Source: Mustelus asterias
Taxonomy: Eukaryota
NCBI RefSeq assembly: GCF_964213995.1
Contig: NC_135825.1
Location: 12,028,001-12,092,000 of the forward strand
Direction: 5' to 3'
DNA: 64,000 nucleotides
Positions 49,353 through 59,644 of this stretch are shown here, one piece after another. The first letter of the stretch is position 1. Every line of letters starts with the position of its first letter. Position numbers and translations under genes: made by a program. The notes under the pieces are model-generated. The model was not told the origin of the DNA, ran no database searches, and saw only the letters and a list, made by a program, of their open reading frames with translations.

Positions 49353-50346
49353 GTGAGTTTCTGTTTCTCCCGAATCATTTTGTTCTGTTACAATCATTTT
49401 CTGAAGAATATAAAGAGAACCTAATTTGCTGCAATCAACAAACATCTCTGATTCTGGTATCCTGCACATTCTAACATAGATGTATTCAACATGGAAGAAT
49501 ATTGAAGTTGTTGCTGTTGTTCGGAAACAACAAATAACCCTGTGAACTCTGGAGGAAGTGAAACTCAACATGGGTTTGGAATGATAGAGACCATAAGTCA
49601 ATAAGAAATAGGAACAGGAGTAGGCCATTCAGCCCATCGAGTCTGCTCCGCCATTCAATAGGATCATGTAAATCTGTTTAAGACCAAGGGCGGGATTATT
49701 TTGGCCGTGTACACCCCAAGATTGGAAGTTCCCGTTTAAGGTCAATGGACCTTTTAAATGGTACGTGAAATTCTCTGTCCCGCCTGCCACGATTCGCAAT
49801 GTGGACGGGATGGGAAAATTCCACCCCAAGCCATTTCTTTGCTTAGCTATGTGAGGGAAATCTTTCAGTGATCTTTCAGTGTGACAGCCTGGTTCCCCAA
49901 GCTCCCAAAAATCTATCCATGTCTGACTTGAGTGCACTCAATGGTGGAGCATTCACAGCTCTCTGCGATGGAGAATTCCAAAGATACAGAACTTTCTGTA
50001 ATCTCGCCCAATCTCAGTAAATGGGCCCACACTGTGCTCTGAGACTGTGACAGATTTAAGGCAGAGATAGATTGATTCTTAATTGGGAAGGGGATCAAAG
50101 GTTGTGGAGAAAAGTCGGGAGAATGGGGTTGAGAAACTTATCAGCCATGATTGAATGGTGGAGCAGATTCGATCGGCTGAATGGACGAATTCTGCTCCTA
50201 TATCTTATGGTCTTATGGACTCTGTGTTCTAGATTCCCCAGTCAGTGGAAACATTTCCTCAATATCTGCCCTGTGAAGTCAATTAAGATTTTTCTTTCAA
50301 TGAGATCATCGCTCATCCTGCTGAACAGCAGAGAATATCGGCTTGG

Positions 50347-50617
50347 TGTGGTACCATTGCCCCTTTATTGCGCAATTCTTCAGGGGCCATGTGACTGGGC
50401 CGTAACCAATAGAGTGCAAGTGCACAAGCCTATAGGGAGCCTACCGGGAGCGAGGGCATTCAGCCCCAGGGGCTGGAGGCTATTGTTGAAGCCAGGACAT
50501 TGTTAGGAGTAGACCTGTATCGTTGTGCTGTTAAACCCTTCATTGTATTGAGTTCTTCTCAATCAATAAATCCTTTAGTTTGTAACTTACCACATCGAGT
50601 TGCCTCGAGTTATTACA
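50347..50617 (+). mobile_element. Solo LTR
   Basis: TG...CA ends, CCAAT, internal AATAAA, near-TSD CTTGG/CCTGG. Confidence 0.65.
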
Positions 50618-50922
50618 CCTGGTCGACTCAATCTTTCCTCATAACACAATTTCCCGTATCGGGAATTAACGCTGTGAACCGAGGGTGGGTATGTCCTACC
50701 TGGAGCCCAAAACCTACAAACGGCACTCCAGGTGTGGCCTCACCAATTCCCCATTTTATACACAAACCCCTCTGCAGCAAAAGATAACAACCCATTTGCC
50801 TTTCTTTCAATGCAAATCAATGTGGGGCCATGTACCCTGCAACACATGTTCAGTTCAGACATTCTAAGCATATCTCCCATACCGATTCAAGCCTTTTCAA
50901 TGTTAACATTTTCATTTTTCAG

Positions 50923-50975
50923 ATACAAATGACATAAGCCATGGAAGAGACAACAATAATCTTATTGACAATCAG
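50923..50975 (+). CDS. Cytoplasmic exon 1 (DTNDISHGRDNNNLIDNQ)
   Basis: ttcatttttcag| acceptor and CAG|gtgagg donor; phase 1 in, phase 0 out. Confidence 0.75.
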
Positions 50976-52489
50976 GTGAGGAGATGAAGTGTGAATTCTC
51001 TGACTAATGTCTGGAAATTTTCAAACCTGGATGATATCGAATTGACAGGACTGAAACAGGCCATTCAGGCCAACTGGTCCATGCTGGATTTGATGCTCAA
51101 CACAAGCCTCCTCCTGTCCCTCTTTATCTAACCAGACCAGCATCAGCTTCTGTTCCTTTCACTCACATTTGCTTCTGTAGATTTGCCTTAAATGTATTGA
51201 TGCTGTTTTACTGAACTGCATCTTGGATTGGCTCCAATCTTTAAGCTCATTGGATAGGCATAAAGGGAGATAGACCTTGGCTTTACCGTCAGAAATGAGA
51301 CCTCGTTAATTATTGCATCTCAACTTTGGATTTGATGACATTTTTCAGTTTACACTGTCATATATTCCTGTAAAGTCTCAGGTATTACTGCCAAAACAGA
51401 ACAAAACTTCAGAACAAGAAAATGCTATCAAACGCTAACGAGTCCATCTGTTGTGTGATGAGAGTTGGTTTGCTGTAACTTCGTCCATCGTGTCCCTCAG
51501 CTCTGGAATCCTCTCTGTCTAATTCATCACTTCATTATCCCTTTATGGCATTCCTTAAAATGTCTGCCTTAAGCCTTTGATAGATTTTGTTCACCTTCAC
51601 TAATATCTCCTTCCTTGGTTTAGTTTCTGTCTTGGGGCATTTTACTATGTTGAAGGCTCCAAATAAATGTACTTCTTTGTGTTAAATATGGATGTAGCTA
51701 ATTCTAATTTAGGATCGCTGCTGGTTCTACTGTGAGATAGGAATATGAAAGATGCTATCATTCTGAAGGGATTAGCATCATTGAATGCAGTAGTGTCCGC
51801 TGTGAATTAATTACAAGTTTACCGGGAAACTGCTGTGAAGATGTTTCAGTGCAGCTCCCACACTTACAGATGGACAGCACACACAAGCTGCCCAAGAGAC
51901 AGAGGGGGAGAACTCTGATAATCACAAGCCATAGCAAGCAGGTGTGGATGTTTGGTTGGTGTAACCATGTAGGCAAACCTCGTTAGTAATTAATCATTAT
52001 AATTAGACAAGCATATAGAGGCTATAACTGGTTAACGATATTCAACTAACATAAATGAAGTTATCAAAACTATTCGCTGTAATTGGATATCAATGAGTTC
52101 TGAACAAATGTTGACTTGTGATTGGTGTATGAGAATTATATGTAAGATACACAAAGATAGAATGGTGCATGCCATGTACCAGTACGCCACCTTGTGGGAG
52201 GCAGACTTCCTCGCTAAAGGGTGAATAAAGGCCGACTTAAAACCCCAAAATCTTCATCTGGTCTGTCGAGGGTGCGAAGTATAATTTCGCTAGATGGCAG
52301 CAAAATGCCAAATCACATTCTGCCTTGGAAAATAAAAAACTTAAGGCGAGATTCAGCATGCTGGGCCTCTCTTTGATGAACGATCTGTTTGAGATCTTCA
52401 AGATTTAGGTAGAGATAACAAAGATGTTTCCACTTGCAGGCAAGACCAAAACCAGTGGCCATAAATAGTGGATAGTCATTAATAACAGG

Positions 52490-52830
52490 TAGTGGTGTCG
52501 TGGTATTGTCACTGGGCTCGTAATCCAGAGACCCAGGATCATCCTCTGGGGATCTGGGTCCAAATCCCACCAAAGCAGAACTCAATAAAAATCTGGAATT
52601 AAAAGTCTAATGATAATCGTGAAACTATTGTAGATTGTTGTAAAAACCTATTTGGTTCACTAATGTCCTTGCGGGACATTTCCCTTAGGAAATCCGCTGC
52701 CCATACCTGGCCTGGCCTACATGTGACTCATAAATGCTCCGTGAAATGGCCGAGCAAGCCATTCAGTTCAATTAGAGATGGGCAACAACTGTTGGCCAAC
52801 CAGTGACGCCCACATCCCATGTGTGAATCA
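52490..52830 (+). mobile_element. tRNA-derived SINE (same family as 4570-4946), degraded
   Basis: GTGGTATTGTCACTGG...GGTCCAAATCCCACC...AAACTATTGTAGATTGTTGTAAAAACC; ends approximate. Confidence 0.5.
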
Positions 52831-53176
52831 AAAAGGTTAATCTAACAGCAAATTCAAGAGAAACATCTTTACCCAGAGTGTTCAGAATGTGGAATTTTCC
52901 ACCACAGGGAACAGTTGAGGTAAAGAGCTGAAACACATTCAAACAGAAGCTGGATAAGCACATGGGAAGGAAAGGATTTGAATGTTATTTTGATGAGATT
53001 AACTGGACAGGTTTATGTGGAGTTGGGACAAATGATGTGTTTCACCGCTGGAGATAGATTATCTCATGTTGTGATCACTTGTAAACTGATTTGCAATGAT
53101 CTAGAAATCGATTTCTCCACAAATCACCATTCAAGTTATGTGGAAATAAATTGGATCGTTATTTTTTATATTGCAG

Positions 53177-53311
53177 CAATTGGCAGTTGTAGGAGAGAGC
53201 ATTGTGTATGCCAGTGTAAAGCACAATCGAGGGAACTCAGCAGAAACACACAGCGAGCAAACTGTCCGGTTCATTAACAATGAGGATGGAGTCACATATG
53301 CAACACTGTAG
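53177..53311 (+). CDS. Terminal cytoplasmic exon with two ITIMs (IVYASV, VTYATL)
   Basis: tttatattgcag|CAA, phase 0; QLAVVGESIVYASVKHNRGNSAETHSEQTVRFINNEDGVTYATL*; possible ATTAAA at 53515-53520. Confidence 0.82.
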   Translation, partial: QLAVVGESIVYASVKHNRGNSAETHSEQTVRFINNEDGVTYATL

Positions 53312-54336
53312 ATTCAAAAGAAATTGTCAGCCTGAAGAGGTGAGAGGTCGAGGCAATCGTTTAACAATGAGGATGTGTCAAGGTTCAATGATAGCTCCCA
53401 AAGAACAACACACAAACTGTGATGAATCTGAAATGGCAATATATGCTAACATAACTCATTAAGAAAAGTATTCATGTAGAGCATGTGATGAATATTATTC
53501 CTTCCTACTTTGCAATTAAATTTCATCCGCGATGAACTGTCCACAAACTTATTTTGTCAATTCGTCTGTACTCTCTGAGTTGTTCCCTCCAGTTTTACTG
53601 CTGCTGCCAATTTGGTTTTATTGTCATATTTAATCAGTTAACAATGAGCTCCTGGTTTGGATTCCCTGGAAATAATAGATCCATTGGTGGACATTTCCCA
53701 AAATTAGTTGGACTCTGGACTGGTTCCTGCAGATTGGACGGTAGCTAATGCAAGCCCACAAAAAGGAAGGTAGAGAGAAAACAGTGAACTATAGGCCACT
53801 GAGCCTAATGTCAGTGCTGGGGAAGTTGCTGGAGTCCATTTCATAGCTCAGCATTTCACAGCTCAATATTTGGAAGGCAGTGGTATAATTAGACAAAGTC
53901 AGCATGGATTTACAAAGTGGAAATCATACTTGACAAATCTATTGGAATTCTTTGAGGATGGAACTAATAGAGTTGACAAAAGAGAACTGGTCGATGTGGT
54001 TTATTTCGACTTTCAGAAGGGTTTCGGCAAGGTCTCACATAGCTGACTACTATGTAAAGTTAAGGCACATGGGATTGAGGGTCGTGTCTTGTGATGGATA
54101 GAAAGCTGGTCCGCAGATCAGAAGCAAAGAGTTGGCATAATTGGGTGTTTTTCCAATTGGCAGGCAGTGATTAGTGGGGTACCGCAAGCATCTGTGCGAG
54201 AATCCCAACTGTTCATGTTGTATATTAACGATTTGGAAGAGGGAACTAAATGTATTATCTCCAAGTGTGCAAATTATTCAACATTGGGTGGGAGGGTGAG
54301 CTGTGAGGAGGATGCAGAGATGCTTCAGCGTAATTA

Positions 54337-54641
54337 TGATGTGGAGATGCCGGCGTTGGACTGGGGTAAACACAGTAAGAAGTTTAACAACACCAGGTTA
54401 AAGTCCAACAGGTTTATTTGGTAGCAAAAGCCACACAAGCTTTCGAGGCTCTGAGCCCCTTCTTCAGGTGAGTGGGAATTCTGTTCACAAACAGAACTTA
54501 TAAGACACAGACTCAATTTACATGAATTGTAAATTGAGTCTGTGTCTTATAAGTTCTGTTTGTGAACAGAATTCCCACTCACCTGAAGAAGGGGCTCAGA
54601 GCCTCGAAAGCTTGTGTGGCTTTTGCTACCAAATAAACCTG
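54337..54641 (-). mobile_element. Penelope-like pLTR fragment with inverted duplication
   Basis: 12-bp TSD TCAGCGTAATTA; 115-bp perfect inverted repeat; hammerhead motif; related to 58060-58290. Confidence 0.8.
54575..54619 (+). ncRNA. Minimal hammerhead ribozyme motif (mirror copy on the - strand at ~54431-54475)
   Basis: CAC-CTGAAGA-A-GGGGCT-cag-AGCCTC-GAAAGCTT-GTG: conserved core, stem II, palindromic stem III and stem I CAC/GTG. Confidence 0.7.
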
Positions 54642-54723
54642 TCAGCGTAATTAGACAGGCATGGCAGATGCAGTATAATGCAGATAAATTTGAGGTTATC
54701 CACTTCAGCAACAATAATAGAAA

Positions 54724-55500
54724 TGTGACACTCCAGTACCTTTAAGAGATGTTTTTTTTAAAAATCATGTTCTCTGCAGTTTGCAAGCCGGCCTTTTGTT
54801 TTTGTTGTGGCACCAGCTGCCTGCTTAGAAGTCCTTTTATTGCTGTGTAAGTTGGTTAAATGAGGTTTTGTTCATTTTTACTCTGGGTCTAATTCATTTT
54901 CTGGCATTTTACGATCTTTTGAAGTGTTGTGGGAAGATTGATTGACAAGTAAAAGTCAAATGGTTCCTCCACAGAGAAATCCAAGAATTCACTTTCAGTC
55001 TTGGGTGAGAAGGTATTTTACTTCAGACTGGCTGCAGCGTTCTCTCTCTCTCTCTCTCTCTGTCTCTCCCGAGTGTTTTGAGAAGCTGTTCTAGCTTCAA
55101 GCTTGTCCGCGCTGTGTCAAGAAAGTTGCAGAATCCAACCAAAGGACTAGGTTCCAGCATCAAGTGAGCATTGTCATTTTCTGTGCTAAACTTGTGGCAG
55201 GTGCATGTTTTGAAGGAGTTTGTTGTATTAGAACAGTCCATTTAATTGTTAAGATTGATACAATATCATGGTTGTTTATTTTTTCTTGTTTGTAATTGGT
55301 AAAAGCTTTTGCTAATTTTCTTTTTATGTGTTAACTGTATTCTTAAATAAACTTTGTTTGATAAAAGCTCCCTAGGGAGTCATTTGAATCATACTTGAAG
55401 TGAAATGTCTCATGCTTACCCTCGCCAAATTCAAATGCAAAACTTATTGTCCAAGCCGACTTCAAAAAATACCTTGGAGTTCCTGACCTGGATTATAATA
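54724..55500 (+). mobile_element. Probable solo LTR
   Basis: TGTGAC...ATAATA(CA-like) insert splits a CR1 motif; internal AATAAA; TSD poor. Confidence 0.5.
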
Positions 55501-56149
55501 GGAAGGCAGCTTATTATTCACATGGCTGCAAATTGAGAGAGGCGGATACTCAGCACTACCTTGGTGTCCTCGTGCATCAGTCACTGAAAGTGAGCGCGCA
55601 GGTACAGCAGGCAGTAAAGAAGGCAAATGGTATGTTGGCCTTCAAAGCAAGAGGATTTGAATCTCGGAATGTGAATACTTTGCTGCAATTGTCTAGGGCG
55701 TTGGTGCGGCCACACCTGGAGCATTGTGTGCAGTGCTGGTTTCCTTATCTGAGGAAGGATGCACTTGTGATAGAGAGAGTACAACAAAGGTTTACCAGGC
55801 TGAGTCCTGTCGGATGAGGAGACATGAAGTCCGTTAGGATTATATTCATTGGCGTTTAGAAGAGTGAGAGGGAATCCCATAGAAACTTATAAAATTCTAA
55901 CAGGGTGAGACAGGGTAAATTCGGAAAGAATGTTCTCATTGGTGAGGGAATCCAGAACACGGGGTCATGTTTTCAGGATAAGGGTCTCTGGATTACTAGT
56001 CCAGGGACAATACCACAACGCCACTGCCTTTCAACTAAAAGCTGAAAAGACAGCAAATTGGTGAAAAAAATAAAAATCAGAGAGTGGGGGGAGTTGAGAA
56101 AAGAACAGTTATTCAGATTGGAAGAAGATAGAAAGTGATATCCCACAAG

Positions 56150-56950
56150 AATCAGGACGGAAATCACTGTTAATTATCATGTACATAAATAATTGGACTT
56201 GGGAATAAGTAACCCTATGAAAATGTGCAAGTTCTGCCAAAATTGAGTGTGTGGCTGTCACTGAGGCAGAGTATAACATAATACAGAAATCGATTAGAAA
56301 ACTTGCAGACTGGGCAGGTAAGTAACAAATAAAATTTCCTCCAGATAAATGCAAGATGATGCACTTTGAAATAATAAACAATCTCTACCTCAGTCAATAA
56401 GCTTCTGAAATGAGTTAGAAGGGCAAGAAAATCTAGAGATACAGGTTGACAAATAATTAGAAGCCATACAACTGGTCAGCAAAAAAATTTAAATGTTGAC
56501 AAAGCATTGAGATTTCATTCTAGTGGGATCAAATTCAAAAGGAGCCAGGTTATGTACAACCTTAGTTAGACTGCACTTACAGCACCTTGCACAACTCTGG
56601 TGTCTGGACTGTAAAAATGACAAAGAAACACTGGAGAAAGTACAAAAAAAGATTGACAAGGATGTTTTAGAATGGGGATGGTGCAGCCACAGGGAAATAT
56701 TAGACAGGTAGGGTAGTTTTCATCAGGAAAGGGAAGATTTAGTGGAGACATGACAGGGGTCTTTAAAATTCTGAATCGGTTGGATTGGATACCTGCGAAG
56801 AAAATACTCCCATTTTTGGGAGGCGATGAACACAAGATAGTTACCAATACACCCGACATGGGAATAAGGATCAATAACATTACTCAGAGAATGGTGATAG
56901 ACTGTGGAGCTTTCTGCCACAAGAGACTGAAGCAAATAGTTTTGATGATC
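56150..56950 (+). mobile_element. Highly degraded CR1/L2-like LINE fragment
   Basis: Remnants such as TLVRLHLQH..QLW and LEKVQK; ends approximate. Confidence 0.55.
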
Positions 56951-58059
56951 TTCTCAACTTGTCCTTCCACCTTCACTCATATACGCAGTGGAGCTGTCAA
57001 ACGGTTTCGGTGAATACTGTAAAACCCTTCACTAAACAACTGGAAGAAATGTCTTGCATTTATCAGTGCCTTCGCCTCAGAACATCCCCAAGCACCTTAC
57101 TGCCTGTAACGTACTTTGGAAGATTTGCTGCAGGAAGCACAGTCGCCAATTTGTGCACAGCAAGATCCCACAAAGTGCAAAGTAAAATTGGCGAATTGTC
57201 TCCTTCCGTCCGCCACAGGAATAGTAACGGGTGGGGGGCAGACCATGGGAGGATCCGTTGACCTCGGGGTGGGATTTTCCGGTTTTCATGGCGAGTGCGG
57301 CTGGAAAATCACGCCCATTATCACCAGATAATCTGTTTCTTGGCAATGCTGATGGAGAGATATATTTTGGCCAGAGCACCAAACTGGCCGAGATAACGTC
57401 TACATCGATAAAGGTTACAGTGAAGAATGCGAAGAGTCAAAGCTGTTTAGCCAACAGCTTGATCACTGTGTGAAACTAGACAATCGAGAATAAAGCTCCC
57501 AGTGTGAAACATGCAGCTCTGATAAAGTACATTCAACCACAAGTATTCAGAGTGAAACTTTATTTCCTCTGAAGGCAGAGTGTCTTTCTCTGAAGACAGG
57601 AACTTTCACAGTAAAATATTGGTTGAGATATTTTGTAAAGAGAATTAATTTATCCGACCTGTGAGCAGGAATGGTGAATTTTATTCAGGAATGGTAAATG
57701 CTGTTTTTTTATAATTACTCTGGAGCTCTGCGATGAACACAACTGGAAAACCCCAAACTCACTGAGAGAGACACTGTGGGGCTGATTTCACCAGAATTTG
57801 GCCGATTCTTGGTTCCAGTGAGAAATGTCTGGATGTTATCAAAAAAGAAACAGGTGGGCGTGTTTCATGCTGTCCTGTCGGTGGGGCAGGGAGGGGTGGG
57901 GGGGCGGCACTCAACCCGTCAGCAACGCCCAGTTGCACTGAGCTCGGGGTGCCATGTTTAAACGGCACTATGACCAGATGAAAAAACCTCCGCCTCCCCC
58001 CCCCTGAGGTTCTCACTGGGGTCCATCCCAGTACTGCCCCCTGGCACAGCTTGGCACAG

Positions 58060-58290
58060 TAACAGTTTTAACAACACCAGGTTAAAGTCCAACAGGTTTA
58101 TTTGGTAGCAAATACCATTAGCTTTCGGAGCACTGCTCCTTCGTCAGATGGAGTGGAAATTTGCTCTCAAACAGGGCACAGAGACACAAAATCAAGTTAC
58201 AGAATACTGATAAGAATGCAAATCTCTCCAGCCAACCAGTTCTTAAAGATACAGACAATGTGAGTGGAGGAGGGAGCGTTAAGCACAGGT
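58060..58290 (-). mobile_element. Penelope-like pLTR fragment
   Basis: Shares AACAACACCAGGTTAAAGTCCAACAGGTTTATTTGGTAGC with the 54337 element; contains a hammerhead motif. Confidence 0.7.
58115..58151 (-). ncRNA. Minimal hammerhead ribozyme motif
   Basis: The - strand reads CCAT-CTGACGA-A-GGAGC-agt-GCTCC-GAAAGCTA-ATGG. Confidence 0.78.
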
Positions 58291-59644
58291 TCCATTCGTG
58301 AAATAACTCACATCAGGAAAAAAATATTTGTTTCACTGAGGAGTTGATGGGATGTTAATAACAATTGAGGAGGGCATGTTCTAACTCCTCTCACAATTAA
58401 TTATAAAGCTTCGCTTGGGCCAATATTATCCATAGGCTCTGACTTTTAAACACCTTGTTTCCAGAATTTTACATTCTTTCAACAATAATTACTTTCATTC
58501 TTCTGCTAAATATAACTGACAAAACTTCAGGTTCTGAGGAGCCAGATTTTGTGAAGAGGCTGATTGTGGTTTCATGACCCGACTTCCTGCTATTTTCTTC
58601 CTCATTTAAATTTCTGATACAATTTATATTTAACACTTATTTTACTGTGAGACACAGGAGCTGGGTGACTGACGACAAACACTGATCTGACCTCCAACAA
58701 AACAATGTGGATTTTGATTCTCCTCATTTGCTCTCTGCCCGGTGAGTAACAGCCAGAGCTGGATAGTCAGATAATCAGTGTTAGTTTAACTCTAGTCTTG
58801 TAGAGATGTATGGCAGAGATGTTTAAATATTTGGAGATGTGTAAAGGCACAAATGGCGGTTTTGTGTTGCAGTGGGTAGAGTCTCTGTATCTGAGTCTGA
58901 AGCTCCAGGTTCGAGTCCTGCTTCTGCTATTGATGGGAATGGAATGTGGGTTCTAACAAGGCCAAGCAGGTTGCAAATTGCACCAACGAGCTGAAGGCAG
59001 ACAGTCAGAGATATTCAGACAGCAATGTCTTGATGTGGAGTGATGTCCCTCATGCTATAGTCTCTGACTTCAGGCTTGTGACCAGGTTCAGGAAGGACAA
59101 GCTATTGGAAACAGACACACACATTTGCTTTGTCTGCCTCATGTATCTCCAGATTTGGGAAGTCTCCCAAGTATAATGGCACAAAATACTTAGCAAATAT
59201 AAATGAATAATATTTATGATGTATTGTATCTCCTCGTGAATGCATTAGCACAACATGCATACATTCACCAAATAAAGTAAACCGCATTATTAATTGTGGA
59301 TGGGAAATTAAGGATAATTTAATTTTTAAAAATCTAGGCAAGCCACATTTTAAAAATGGAAGCTGCCTTTAATTGGTAATTATTTGAAATTGTGGTGGGA
59401 GGTTTCACATTCTCACTTGTCCCGAAATTATAAAATCCCGCCCGAGGTGAATGGAGCTTCTCACTGTCTGCCCGTCGCCCGCTCCAATTCCCGTGGCGGG
59501 CGGGACGGTAAAATTCCGACTATCTGTTGTGCAACACACACTGAAAACTGCAGTGATAATAATCCTGCAAACAGAACATGGCTCTCGTTTGCAACTGTTT
59601 CTGTTGTTTCACATACAGTTGATGATAATGATTTCATGAGATTC

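Larger units (their letters stand above)
5584..53311 (+). other. Multi-exon gene (5' end outside window): giant CD300/pIgR-like Ig-superfamily inhibitory receptor, (C2-V)x10-C2-stalk-TM-ITIM tail
   Basis: 25 exons with AG/GT boundaries and matching phases (1 throughout the Ig exons, then 2, 1, 0) splice into one frame, apart from the stops in V3. Confidence 0.85.
53690..55985 (+). mobile_element. Old degraded CR1 LINE interrupted by a Penelope-type hairpin and a solo LTR
   Basis: Broken NYRP, QHGF, DFQK, GVPQ and VRPHLEHCVQ motifs; ends approximate. Confidence 0.7.

Noticed and set aside
51960-52317. Solo LTR (TGTAAC...TCACA with AATAAA)
   Set aside because: No convincing TSD or second copy in the window; boundaries cannot be supported
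58855-58925. tRNA gene (also ~46118-46175)
   Set aside because: Only A/B-box-like remnants without a cloverleaf; decayed SINE heads
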